The notes beneath the pieces were generated by a model that was not told the origin of the DNA, made no database searches, and saw only the letters and a program-made list of their open reading frames with translations. A DNA stretch of 64,000 nt from Bradymonadia bacterium. Its GTDB lineage: Bacteria; Myxococcota_A; Bradymonadia; UBA7976; UBA1532. The DNA is taken from assembly GCA_046290225.1 (NCBI GenBank), contig JBKAGE010000040.1, positions 1 to 64,000 on the forward strand. The letters are read 5' to 3'. Shown piece after piece: positions 10,067 through 19,760 of this stretch (its first letter is position 1; every line of letters begins with the position of its first letter). The translations under genes were made by a program, and so were the position numbers.

Positions 10067-11824
10067 ATGAACGCCCGCAGAAGCGATGGTAAAAACCAAC
10101 CTCGACGGCGCCGGGCCACGCGCAAGCCCGACACCGATCCTGGCCCGCTCAGCTCGTCGGCTCAGCAGAGCGACGTCGCCGCGCGTGTCCTCGCCGCCCA
10201 GATCCCCAAGCGCTTGCGACTGCTGGTGCTGGTGATGATGACCTTGCAAGCCGTGGGGCTGGTCATCGAGGTGATGGGCATGATGATGTTCGACTTCGCA
10301 GCGAGCTGCTCCGGGCCCAACATCCTCACCAATGCGTTGCTGCTGGGTTTCTCTGGTGCCCTGCTCTACAAGCTGAAGCACCGCGACTACAGCGCCGACA
10401 CGCTGGTGAAGAAGGGCCTCATCTATCAGGTGGCCATCTGCTTCGGGGTGGCGCTGAGCGAGCAGGCTGTTCACGCCCACGGTCAGTGGAAGGTGGCCGG
10501 CATCTCGATGGTCTGCATCATCTTGCTGGTCTTCCCGCTGTTCCTGCCCACTTCACCACGCAAGACCGCCATCGCCTCCTTTGCTGGCGCCGCCATGCCA
10601 GTCATCGCCGGGCTGATCTACACCTTCTCTACTCAGCAGAGTACGGTTGAGACGTCGTTCAGCTGGTACTACGCCATGAACTTCGTCGTGGCGGGCATGG
10701 CCGTGCTGCCTGCCACCATCATGCAGCAGATCGGCCGCGACATGGACGCGGCGAAGCGCCTGGGCAGCTACCAGCTCGAAGAGAAGCTCGGCGCCGGCGG
10801 TATGGGTGAGGTCTGGCGGGCAAGCCACCAGCTGCTGCGCCGACCTGCGGCCATCAAGCTGATCCGCCCCGAGGCCCTCGGGGCCGGCGACGAGAACACC
10901 GCCAACACCCTGCTTCGGCGCTTCGAGCGCGAGGCTCAGGCCACGGCGAATCTGCACTCCCCCCACTCGATCATGCTGTACGACTTCGGCATCACCGAGC
11001 AGGGCTCGTTCTACTACGTGATGGAGTACCTGCAGGGCTTCAGCCTGGAAGATCTCGTCGAGCGCTTCGGCCCGGTACCTCCTGAGCGGGCGGTGCATTT
11101 GCTGATGCAGGCGTGCCACGCTCTCTCCGATGCGCACCAGTCGGGGTTGATCCACCGCGACATCAAGCCGGCGAACATCTTCGTCTGTCGTTATGGCCAC
11201 ACTCTCGACTTCGTGAAGGTCCTCGACTTCGGGCTGGTGAAGTCCTTCGACTCCACGGCGATGGGCTCCTCTGATCAGCCTTTTGATCCGGCGAGCCTCA
11301 CCGGTGCCGACGTCACCGCGGGCACTCCGGCCTACATGGCCCCGGAGATGGCCCTGGCCCCGGAGACGGTGGATCCCCGAGCCGACATCTACGCCCTGGG
11401 CTGTGTCGCTTTCTGGCTGCTCACGGGCCGCCACGTGTTCCATGGCCCCACCCCACTGAAGGTGCTGATGGACCACATCAACACCCCGGCCCCCTCACCG
11501 GCGGAGCTGATGGAGCTTCACCTGCCGAAGTCCCTCGAAGATCTGGTCCTGCGCTGCCTCTCGAAGGAGGCGAAGGATCGTCCTCAGTCCGCTGACGAGC
11601 TCTGCGACGCCCTCGAAGCGATCCAGCGCGAGCTCGAGGCTGAGGTGGTGAGCGAGTGCGGTGAGCGTGGTTGGGGCCGCGGCCGCCAGCGCATGTGGTG
11701 GCTCAAGCACGCCCCGGGCAACCTGGGGAACTTGCCGATGCCCAAGGGCAAGCGCGGTGAGCACTGCACCGATCTGGCGGTCTGCCGCAAGCAGCTCGAG
11801 ATGCTGGAGACGATGGACAGCTGA
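10067..11824 (+). CDS. Membrane-anchored Hanks-type Ser/Thr protein kinase
   Basis: About 6 N-terminal TM segments, then GAGGMGEV, AAIK, HRDIKPAN, DFG, GTPAYMAPE, DIYALG. Confidence 0.95.
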   Translation: MNARRSDGKNQPRRRRATRKPDTDPGPLSSSAQQSDVAARVLAAQIPKRLRLLVLVMMTLQAVGLVIEVMGMMMFDFAASCSGPNILTNALLLGFSGALLYKLKHRDYSADTLVKKGLIYQVAICFGVALSEQAVHAHGQWKVAGISMVCIILLVFPLFLPTSPRKTAIASFAGAAMPVIAGLIYTFSTQQSTVETSFSWYYAMNFVVAGMAVLPATIMQQIGRDMDAAKRLGSYQLEEKLGAGGMGEVWRASHQLLRRPAAIKLIRPEALGAGDENTANTLLRRFEREAQATANLHSPHSIMLYDFGITEQGSFYYVMEYLQGFSLEDLVERFGPVPPERAVHLLMQACHALSDAHQSGLIHRDIKPANIFVCRYGHTLDFVKVLDFGLVKSFDSTAMGSSDQPFDPASLTGADVTAGTPAYMAPEMALAPETVDPRADIYALGCVAFWLLTGRHVFHGPTPLKVLMDHINTPAPSPAELMELHLPKSLEDLVLRCLSKEAKDRPQSADELCDALEAIQRELEAEVVSECGERGWGRGRQRMWWLKHAPGNLGNLPMPKGKRGEHCTDLAVCRKQLEMLETMDS

Positions 11825-11895
11825 GCCTGATTTACAGCCTGCGCCCGAATCAACACCACGAGGCACAGTCTGGCTTTGCGGGCTGAGGCGAGATC

Positions 11896-13446
11896 TCAGC
11901 CCTTGCGCATGGCGGGCATGTCCGGCAGACCGGCCGGTGAGGTGTCGACCCCGAGGGCCTGGAGCTGGCCGGCGAAGATCTCGGCCTCTTCCATGTTGCG
12001 GCCCGTGTCGGGGGCGCCGGTCTGAGGATCGAAACCGTAAGTAAAGCCCGTGTCGGGGTTCACGCCACCGAGCAGGGTGTTCCCGTTCACCAACGGTGAC
12101 AGCATGACCACCCCGTTGTTGAGATCGTGGGAGCTGCTGAACTCGTCGGCGCCGCTGGGTCGCTGCTTGGTGCGGCCGAAGTCCGGCGCGATGTAGATCA
12201 TGCTCTGATCCCAGAGGCTCTCTCCACCGGCGAACTCTTCACCCTTGAGCAGCTCGATGAGCCCGTCGGCCACCGAGTAGAGGCGGTTCCACATGAGCGC
12301 CTGGGTGCTGCGGTGGGCCTGGTGGCTGAAGTCGAAGGCCAGGGGCGGGTTGATGACGATGCCCTCTTCGAGCTGAATGCCACCGCCGCCGCCGATGATG
12401 CCGCCACCCTCGAAGATGTTCTCGTCGCCCTTCACCTCGACGTCGAAGGAGGGGCCCAGGGTCACCGTCACCGAGACACCGTACTTGATGAGCAAGAACG
12501 CCATGGCGGCCTGCGCCTGAAGCGGATCTTCCTCGAGATCGGGGAACCGCTCCCGAATACGGGCCAGCTCCGGCGAGGCCTGCAGGCCGTAGCGACCCAA
12601 GGGGAAGTCAGCGCTGTCCTCGGCGAGCATCAGCTTGCGGATGAAGTCACCGGCCTCGATGGCGGCCCGGCGCTCGCCCCGGATCTCCTGCCAGTGCTGC
12701 AGCCGGGGGCTGCGGCCGAAGATGCGGCCGAAGCGAGAGCGTGGATCGAGACGCTGGTCACGCAGCGCCCGGGCCTTGGACAACAAATCGTCGCTGGACT
12801 CGATGTTGAGCCCCTTCTGACCGTCGAGGGCCAGAGGCCACAACCGCGGATCGGTCACCTGCTCGCCGAAGGCCCACGAAGGGATCGAGGCGTCGGTGCC
12901 CCGCTGAGTGGTGCCTGATCCACCGATGAGGTGCACATTGGGCAGCGGATGATCTTTACCGTGGGTGAGGGCCACGAGCTCTTGCAGAGTGCGGCCTGCC
13001 CACGCCTCGTTCCCGGTGACCGAGCGGCGCTGACCAATGGTGTGGTTCACGCTGGTACGGGTCCAGGTGGACACCATCATGTCGCTGGCGTGCTTGTCGA
13101 CGAACCACTTCTGCCGAGCCTTGAAGGGGGCCGGGATCGCCCCGAGGGCGTCTCGATCCATGTCGACGGCGCGGAAGGGGTGACCGTCGGCGCCGAGGAC
13201 CACCTGGTCGGGCATCGTGTTGATGTCGGCGGCGTTGGCGCTCTCCGAGGCACGGATCGCCATGGGGCCGTCGATGATGCTGGCACCCCCACCGGCGGCG
13301 AGCACGATGAGGAACCGGGGCTTGCCGCCATCAGGGGTCTGGGCGTGGGCCGCGCGGCGGCCGGCGAGGGCTGCGGCGCCCACGGCGGCCATGCCCTGCA
13401 AGGCCTGACGACGGGTGATGTCTGGGAGTCGGTTTCGTCGAGTCAT
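11896..13446 (-). CDS. Tat-exported DUF1501-like protein
   Basis: TRRQAL Tat motif; FLIVLAAGGG; FDFSH; YIAPDFGRT; SSHD; LGGV. Confidence 0.7.
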   Translation of the reverse strand: MTRRNRLPDITRRQALQGMAAVGAAALAGRRAAHAQTPDGGKPRFLIVLAAGGGASIIDGPMAIRASESANAADINTMPDQVVLGADGHPFRAVDMDRDALGAIPAPFKARQKWFVDKHASDMMVSTWTRTSVNHTIGQRRSVTGNEAWAGRTLQELVALTHGKDHPLPNVHLIGGSGTTQRGTDASIPSWAFGEQVTDPRLWPLALDGQKGLNIESSDDLLSKARALRDQRLDPRSRFGRIFGRSPRLQHWQEIRGERRAAIEAGDFIRKLMLAEDSADFPLGRYGLQASPELARIRERFPDLEEDPLQAQAAMAFLLIKYGVSVTVTLGPSFDVEVKGDENIFEGGGIIGGGGGIQLEEGIVINPPLAFDFSHQAHRSTQALMWNRLYSVADGLIELLKGEEFAGGESLWDQSMIYIAPDFGRTKQRPSGADEFSSSHDLNNGVVMLSPLVNGNTLLGGVNPDTGFTYGFDPQTGAPDTGRNMEEAEIFAGQLQALGVDTSPAGLPDMPAMRKG

Positions 13447-14225
13447 CAGTAGAACAACGCCTCCATGGAGCTCGCCACGGCAAAGCAGGTGCCCAGGGCC
13501 CAGTCTCGGGGGCTCATGCCCTCGGTGTAGAATTCGAGCAGGCTCTTCACCTCGTCAGGGTCCGCGTCGCGACGTAGGAGCTGGTCGTAGAGCTTCTCAG
13601 CTGCGGCGGTGAGCACCTCTTCGGAGGGCTTATCGTCACCGGACAACCCCACGTAAATGTGGGCGTCGCCACCGGCGAGATCTTGAGTGACGCGCACATC
13701 ACATGCGGCGAGGGCTACGCGGTCCACGGCGATGGCCGCGGTGACTGGCGCCACAGGGAGCGGATCATTGATACCCAGACGGTAGGGCTCCACCCCGCCG
13801 AGGGCGATGAGGTGCACGGTGTCGACGCAGTCGTACTCTCCGAGCTCGGTGCACACCGACTCTCGGGGGATCTGCAGCCCCTTGGCGAGATCTCGGGCCC
13901 AGCGCTTGCCGCCCTTGAACTTCACCCGGGCGCGGCTCGAGGCCCGCACGGGCACGGTGCCCTCGGGGTTGATGGCGGGGTCGAAGGGCTGGCCACCGGC
14001 GCCAGCGGCTCCTGCGGTGCCCCCTTCGCCTGCGCTGCCACCCCCACCGGCGCTGCCGCCCGTGGGGGCGCCGCCGCTGCCGGCCTCACCCTGCTGACCA
14101 GGGCTGGGGCCAGCCTCCACCGTGGAATTGTTGTCGTCGCAGCCAAAGACGAGGGCCCCCGCGAGCCCCACGACGATCAGCCGGCCACCGATGCGGGCCA
14201 GGGCGCTGTGAAACTCAGGGTACAC
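13446..14225 (-). CDS. Lipoprotein, companion of the DUF1501/cytochrome genes
   Basis: Lipobox LVFGC; Gly-rich linker; C-terminal L...LLRRDADPDE...CFAVASSMEALFY (DUF1595-like); overlaps neighbours. Confidence 0.7.
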   Translation of the reverse strand: MYPEFHSALARIGGRLIVVGLAGALVFGCDDNNSTVEAGPSPGQQGEAGSGGAPTGGSAGGGGSAGEGGTAGAAGAGGQPFDPAINPEGTVPVRASSRARVKFKGGKRWARDLAKGLQIPRESVCTELGEYDCVDTVHLIALGGVEPYRLGINDPLPVAPVTAAIAVDRVALAACDVRVTQDLAGGDAHIYVGLSGDDKPSEEVLTAAAEKLYDQLLRRDADPDEVKSLLEFYTEGMSPRDWALGTCFAVASSMEALFY

Positions 14226-15744
14226 CGTAGGCCTCCGTGCGGATCAGGTCTGCGATCATGGGCTCCACCCGGTAATCATGGGTGGTCATGAAGTCTTGCC
14301 AGAGCTGGGTGAACTCCGCGGTGTCCTCTGGCCGGGGGGCCTCGCCGAGGAAGTGCACCCAGTACTCCTTCACCGTAGCCCGGGCGAAGGCCTCGCTGTC
14401 AGCGGCGGCGCGGGCCCAGGCCACGAGGTTGCCCACGGGCTCGCCGAAGAGCATGCCCCCCTCGGGGGTGTCGGAGACCATGGGGCCATCGACGGTGGTG
14501 AAGAAGTCCATGCGGCGCCGGTTGTAGGCGAAGGGCACCCGGGTGCCTCCGCTGATGATGTCGCCCTCACCGCCGCCGATGCCCTCGTAGCGGCTGAAGG
14601 GGTACGTCAGGGGGTCGAGGGTGCTGTGACACACCGCGCACTCTTGACGCTGCACGCCCTTGGCGTCGTAGTCGACGGGCTCGTTCTCCACGGGGAACAG
14701 GCCCTCCATCTTGGAGATGTCGTACCCGAGGAAGGCGCGGTAGGCCTGAGCCGCCGTGGTCCGGGGCATGCCGGTGAACATGGTGTTGCTCATCAGGAAC
14801 CACCGGTGGGTCATCAGGCCGGCCCGCCGCGTGCGGGAGACCGCCTGAGCCAGGAAGAAGCCGCGCTGCTCCACGTCTTGGGTGAGGCTGCGGTCCCAAG
14901 TCTCGTAGGTGGTGCCCTTGTTGCCTTCGACCCGGGCGACGAAGTACTGCCCGGTGAGCATCTCCCGGGCGTCGTGGTCGTCGATCTGGGTGTAGACGAA
15001 GAAGGCGTAATCGTCGTCGTAGTCCGCGAGGGGGATCGGCCCCTCGTTCTCACCGGCCTTGATGGCGGCGATGGGCTCGATCTTGTCGCTGGCCATGTGC
15101 CAGAGCACGCCCTCCTTGCCCAGCCAGTTCTCGCTGTCGAGGCAGCCCTTCAGGGCGCTCTCGATGGCCTCCATCCGCTCGTCTTCGGGGCGGGCCTCGA
15201 AGTCGGCCACGGCCTCGCGGGTCGGACTCTCGCCACAGACGTCGAGGTAGACCTTCTTGAAGACATAGCGATGGTCGTAGCCACAGACATCCCACCCGTT
15301 CGACGGGTTGGGATCATCCGCGGGGCCTGCCCCCTCGGGACCACACACCCCACCGTTCGTTGCAGGTAGGCTCGTGGGATCTGCTGCGCTCGACCCAGCG
15401 TTGAGCTCGTCGATGTTGCTCACACCATCATCGTCGGAGTCGAGATCTTCGATGGACTTCAAGGCATCGGGTAACGCCGCCTTGAAGGCCTCGACGTCCA
15501 GCGACTCCCCAGGGAAGGCCTTCAGCAGGTCTTCGCCATAGACATTTCGAGCAGGGGGTGTCGTGTGACAGAAGTCACAGCCCACTTGCCCTGCAGCACA
15601 TGCAGGGATGTCGGGGTAGGCGACACAGACCTCCGGGGGCGCCTCAGGGCGCGCCGATGCAGTCTGCAGCCCCCACCAGCTCATGGTGGTGAGGGTGGCG
15701 GCACAGGCCAGGGTCTTCATGACCCGGGCAGAGCGTCGTCTCAT
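14215..15744 (-). CDS. Exported protein with two CxxCH heme-c motifs (DUF1585/1588-like)
   Basis: CDFCH and CAVCH; RRAGLMT; CHSTLDPL; C-terminal DYRVEPMIADLIRTEAY; signal peptide. Confidence 0.72.
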   Translation of the reverse strand: MRRRSARVMKTLACAATLTTMSWWGLQTASARPEAPPEVCVAYPDIPACAAGQVGCDFCHTTPPARNVYGEDLLKAFPGESLDVEAFKAALPDALKSIEDLDSDDDGVSNIDELNAGSSAADPTSLPATNGGVCGPEGAGPADDPNPSNGWDVCGYDHRYVFKKVYLDVCGESPTREAVADFEARPEDERMEAIESALKGCLDSENWLGKEGVLWHMASDKIEPIAAIKAGENEGPIPLADYDDDYAFFVYTQIDDHDAREMLTGQYFVARVEGNKGTTYETWDRSLTQDVEQRGFFLAQAVSRTRRAGLMTHRWFLMSNTMFTGMPRTTAAQAYRAFLGYDISKMEGLFPVENEPVDYDAKGVQRQECAVCHSTLDPLTYPFSRYEGIGGGEGDIISGGTRVPFAYNRRRMDFFTTVDGPMVSDTPEGGMLFGEPVGNLVAWARAAADSEAFARATVKEYWVHFLGEAPRPEDTAEFTQLWQDFMTTHDYRVEPMIADLIRTEAYGVP

Positions 15745-15967
15745 GTGCGATTCCCGGTCTGAAGATGCCTTGAGCAGAGCCCTCGAGGCATCGGAGATGG
15801 GCATTGGGCGAACAGCAACCACTCAGTGATCGAATGCCACGAGCATTCATCGTAGCAGATTCACTGGAGCCACTCTGGTGGCATTAGGCCACTTAAATCC
15901 CGGCGATATCAACCTGTGAGGAGAAATCTCGCCAGAGGGGGCGAGTTGGGGGGAAGATCTCGGAGTA

Positions 15968-17689
15968 TCAGCGGGCGCCGCAGTCGCCACAGTCGGTGCC
16001 CAACTCGCAGACGGAGAACTGGGCGTTGGGACCACCATCATCACACTCACCGTCGTTGGCGAAGCGGCAGTTGTTGCCACACAGCTCACCGCTGCCTGCT
16101 GCGGCACGGCAGGTGTCGTGGGCATTGTCGCCATTTGCCTGGCAGCCATTGCTGCACGACTCGGAGGCGGCCAGCTCACCATCCTCGCAACGGAAACGCC
16201 CCGTGCCCTCGGCGTCACAGGTCCACAGCGCGTCGGTACAGCGCGGATCACCGGCGATGGGGCCACCCTCGTTGGGATCGTCCGCTCGGGCGGGCGGCAG
16301 CGGGGCACACACCAGCGCGGTCCCCGCCCGAGCGCCGGAGTTGCCCCGGTGGCGGTCGACGGAGATGCGACGGAAGCCCGCAGGGTTGGTGCACTGGCTG
16401 TTGCTGCTGTCGGCGCGGGAGACGCATATCCCACCGCTGCCACCGCCAATGTCGCTTGCAGCGGCGCAGAAGGTGGGGGCCTTCCCGCTGCGATCGGGGC
16501 AGTAGCCCGCACAGGGGATCGTGCACATGCCCTGATCGTCACCGTGCTCGAGGTAGCACCGTGCCCGCTCGCCATCGGCGCTGAAGAAGCAGTCGTCGTC
16601 GTCTTCGCAGGCGTCGCCGATCCAGGCGTTGGGGTTGCGGCCCTCGACACCTTGATGGCCACACACGGTGGCGGTGGCCGCCCGGGCCCCGCTGTTGCCG
16701 CGGTAACGCGACACCGAGATCGACTGCAGCCCTGAAGGATCAGCACAGTTCTGGTTGCGGCTGTCGCTCTTGGAGACGCACAGGCCACCGCTGGTGCCAC
16801 CCACCTGAGCTGCCGGAGCGCAGAAGGTCGGCGCCTTCCCGCTTCGATCGTCGCAGAAGCCAGCGCAGGCCACAGTGCAGAAGCCGGTGCCGTTGCTGGT
16901 CAGGCAGAAGCCCTCGCGACCGTTGGCGAAGAAGCCACAATCGTCGTCCTCTTCACACTCACCGCCGATCCAGTTGTCGTTCACCACCCCGGGGTTGTCC
17001 GGGGTGCCGGGGTTCCGGAAGAAAGGCGTCTCCTGGCGGGCGGCGGCCCAGCTCAACTCGATGTGGATGTGATCTTCGTGGTGGTAGCTGCCGGAGTAGC
17101 ACCGGTGACGGTTGCTGCCGCTGGCACGGTAGCGGCTGCGATCCCAGATCATGTACTGCACGCCGATGCGCTGGGCATTGGCCATGAGCCAGTTGGCGAT
17201 GATGTCGCCCTTGGCGTTGTCGGCCTTCCCCCCACGCATGGGGATGAAGATGTCGATGGCCCGGCCCTCGGAGTGCAGAGAGCGGGCGCTGCCGCTGCGC
17301 ACGCTGCGGCAGTTGTAGATCTGTACGCCACGGCCGTCGACGCGAAGGTTCATCAGGTGGCCGAAGTGGGTGCGGATGTAGTCGCCGAGGAAGACTGCCC
17401 CCGGCTGGGACCTGCGTGTGCAGCTCCGAGCACCCTGGTAGGACACGAACTGCTGGTTGCCCGCAGAGATGACATTCGACGGCGGCACCCAACGGCCACC
17501 ACAGCTCACCTTGTCGACGAAGTCGTCATCATGATCGTGCTCACCATGATCGTGCCACTCGTACTGCTCTTCTGCATCTGAGGCGTAGCCCACGGGCTCA
17601 CCCAGATCTTCGGCGCAGCCGAGCGCCGCGATCACGAGAATCAGGCTCCAGAGCGCCAGACTGCTTGAGGTGCCGATGCGTACATTCAA
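15968..17689 (-). CDS. Lipoprotein with peptidase M15-like Zn domain and duplicated Cys-rich domains
   Basis: Lipobox AALGC; SLHSEGRAID (H-x6-D) and HEDHIHIEL (HxH); two about 110-aa Cys-rich repeats; GGAGG before TTG 17689. Confidence 0.75.
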   Translation of the reverse strand: MNVRIGTSSSLALWSLILVIAALGCAEDLGEPVGYASDAEEQYEWHDHGEHDHDDDFVDKVSCGGRWVPPSNVISAGNQQFVSYQGARSCTRRSQPGAVFLGDYIRTHFGHLMNLRVDGRGVQIYNCRSVRSGSARSLHSEGRAIDIFIPMRGGKADNAKGDIIANWLMANAQRIGVQYMIWDRSRYRASGSNRHRCYSGSYHHEDHIHIELSWAAARQETPFFRNPGTPDNPGVVNDNWIGGECEEDDDCGFFANGREGFCLTSNGTGFCTVACAGFCDDRSGKAPTFCAPAAQVGGTSGGLCVSKSDSRNQNCADPSGLQSISVSRYRGNSGARAATATVCGHQGVEGRNPNAWIGDACEDDDDCFFSADGERARCYLEHGDDQGMCTIPCAGYCPDRSGKAPTFCAAASDIGGGSGGICVSRADSSNSQCTNPAGFRRISVDRHRGNSGARAGTALVCAPLPPARADDPNEGGPIAGDPRCTDALWTCDAEGTGRFRCEDGELAASESCSNGCQANGDNAHDTCRAAAGSGELCGNNCRFANDGECDDGGPNAQFSVCELGTDCGDCGAR

Positions 17690-17893
17690 GGTTCCCTCCA
17701 AGAGCGTTCGGTGAGGTGCCACAACCTCGCTGGTCTGTATTGGCAAGATCGGATCCAACTTGTCCCCAGCATTTATCCCAGCATTTTCGGGCGGATTCGC
17801 TGTGACACACCGGTCTCAGGGACAAGAAGGTCACACACTCGAGTAGCCACCCCGAATTGGGGGTGTCCGCAGCAAAACACGCACCCTCTATCC

Positions 17894-18850
17894 ATGTCAG
17901 GGCATTTCCCGCTATCGTCCCTCACCGTGCACACACTCAAGCTCATTGTCGTCGTCTTCAGCCTTTTGGTGGGGCTGCCCGGAGCACACGCTCAAGAGGT
18001 GGACTACACCCGTACGCGATACCCCATCGTGCTGGCCCACGGCATGGCGGGCTTCGACACGCTCTTTGGTGCCGTGGACTACTGGTATGGCGTACCCGAG
18101 GCCCTCAGGGCAGGTGGCGCCGAGGTGTTCCTCACCCGGGTGAGCGCCTTCAACCGCACCGAAGAGCGGGCAGAGCAGTTACTGCGGCAGATCGAGATCA
18201 TCACCGCGCTCACGGGGAAGCCCCGGGTGAACATCATCGCTCACAGTCAGGGCGGTCTCGACAGCCGCTATGTGATGGGCGTCCGGCCCGATCTCGTGGC
18301 CTCGCTCACCACCGTTGCCACACCCCACAAGGGCACTGACGCTGCGGACTTCCTGAGAGACAACCTCAACGAAGGTGGCTTCACGGAGCGGGCCATCGGC
18401 TTCCTCGCTGATCAGCTCGGGGAGATCCTGGCGCTGCTCTCGGGGAGCGAGATCCCCCAAGACGCCATCGCCGCCACGGAGAGCCTCACCTCCGAAGGCG
18501 CCGCAGCCTTCAACGCCCGGTTCCCCTGGGGGCTGCCCGAGAATCGCTGCGGTGAAGGCCCTGCTGAGGTAGAGGGCATCAAGCTGTTCTCGATGTCTGG
18601 GGCCAGCGCCCTCACCAACCCCCTCGACGCCACCGACGCCGCCTTCGCCATCACCACCTTGCTCGTCGACGGTGACGACGACGGCCTGGTGCCGGTGTGC
18701 AGCTCTCACTTCGGTGTGGTGATCCGCGACGACTTCCGCCAGAACCACGGCGACGAGGTCGGCCAGCTCGTGGGCCTCGTCGGTCGCTCTGCAGACGCCC
18801 GGGCCATCCTGCGGGCTCACGCCCACCGACTGCGAGAGGCGGGCCTGTGA
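17894..18850 (+). CDS. Triacylglycerol lipase (Pseudomonas/Burkholderia family I type)
   Basis: YTRTRYPIVLAHG, AHSQGG elbow, DGLVPVCSSHFG, NHGDEV; signal peptide; start uncertain (17894 or 17927). Confidence 0.92.
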   Translation: MSGHFPLSSLTVHTLKLIVVVFSLLVGLPGAHAQEVDYTRTRYPIVLAHGMAGFDTLFGAVDYWYGVPEALRAGGAEVFLTRVSAFNRTEERAEQLLRQIEIITALTGKPRVNIIAHSQGGLDSRYVMGVRPDLVASLTTVATPHKGTDAADFLRDNLNEGGFTERAIGFLADQLGEILALLSGSEIPQDAIAATESLTSEGAAAFNARFPWGLPENRCGEGPAEVEGIKLFSMSGASALTNPLDATDAAFAITTLLVDGDDDGLVPVCSSHFGVVIRDDFRQNHGDEVGQLVGLVGRSADARAILRAHAHRLREAGL

Positions 18851-19560
18851 AACTTCCCGTGTTCAAGACGCCAGCGCTGAAGGTGCTGCAGAGTGTGGCC
18901 ATGGCCTGCGCCCTGCCGCTTGTCGTTGTGACCCCCTGCTCTGCGGAGCCCGCGACGCCTGCCTCTCTGAAGGGCACCACCCTCGACTGTCAGTCGGTGC
19001 GTTTCACGGGCACCCGACCTGTGGCCGACATCGCCCTGCGCCGATGCCTCGATCACTGCCTCACCCTCGAAGGCGAGCTGTCTCTCCCGGAGATCCGAAG
19101 CCTCTTCGTGCAGACGATCCGCGACCGACACCAACATGTAGCGCTGCGGGGCCAGCGTGCCCCGTCGAGCAAGGCCCTCGGCGCGCTCTTCGATCGGTAC
19201 CTGGGCTACCACCAGGCCGAGGAGGCCTTCCTCGCCGGCCTCGAGCAGCCTGTGAGCCCCAAGGTGCTCCGCGCCGCGCTGAACGATCTCGAAGCGCTGC
19301 AGCGCCAGTGGTTGGGCAGCGCGGCCGAAGCGTTTTTTGGTGAAGACAACCGCACCCGCCGTGTCGCCCTCGGCGCGCCAGGACACCCCATGACCTCGAC
19401 AGCGCCGGCCCAGGCGATGCTGGCCATCGAAATCGACGAGGCCCTTCAGCGGTGGGCCGTAGAGCGGGTGCCCCTCTCGGAGCAGCGCGCCCGCCTCGTG
19501 AAGTGGGTGGGCCCCAAAGCTGCCGACCGGCTCATCGAACAGATCGTCGAGCGCCGCTGA
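18847..19560 (+). CDS. Lipase-specific foldase (Lif)-like chaperone, short and divergent
   Basis: GTGA overlap with lipase stop; SLKGTTLD, RRCLDHCLTLEGE (cf. RxxFDY(F/C)L), LFDRYLGY, AEAFFGED, VGPKAADRL. Confidence 0.75.
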   Translation: MKLPVFKTPALKVLQSVAMACALPLVVVTPCSAEPATPASLKGTTLDCQSVRFTGTRPVADIALRRCLDHCLTLEGELSLPEIRSLFVQTIRDRHQHVALRGQRAPSSKALGALFDRYLGYHQAEEAFLAGLEQPVSPKVLRAALNDLEALQRQWLGSAAEAFFGEDNRTRRVALGAPGHPMTSTAPAQAMLAIEIDEALQRWAVERVPLSEQRARLVKWVGPKAADRLIEQIVERR

Positions 19561-19569
19561 TCGTATCTC

Positions 19570-19732
19570 TAGAGCAGTATAAGGAAGGAACTGATACGAC
19601 AGGCGAAGAACATCGGCGAGAGGCCACGTGAAGAAAGCGCTGGTGATGCCAAAGCATCATCGAGCACTTCTGAGCTTGGGATCTCGTCGATGGGCGAGCC
19701 TAGTGTGTCAGGTCATTCCTTATACTGCTCTA
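19570..19732. mobile_element. MITE-like element, 163 bp, with 28-bp terminal inverted repeats
   Basis: Left TAGAGCAGTATAAGGAAGGAACTGATAC (19570-19597) versus reverse complement of 19705-19732 TAGAGCAGTATAAGGAATGACCTGACAC, 25/28 identical; TA at both ends; no ORF. Confidence 0.75.
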
Positions 19733-19760
19733 TTGCGCTGAAACTCACTGGGAGATGTGT

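Noticed and set aside
11880..11902. GGGCTGAG/CTCAGCCC hairpin as intrinsic terminator
   Set aside because: Overlaps a stop codon and lacks a convincing U-tract
17801..17835. TGTGAC-N23-GTCACA inverted pair between divergent genes
   Set aside because: Short, with spacing unlike CRP/FNR sites; may be chance
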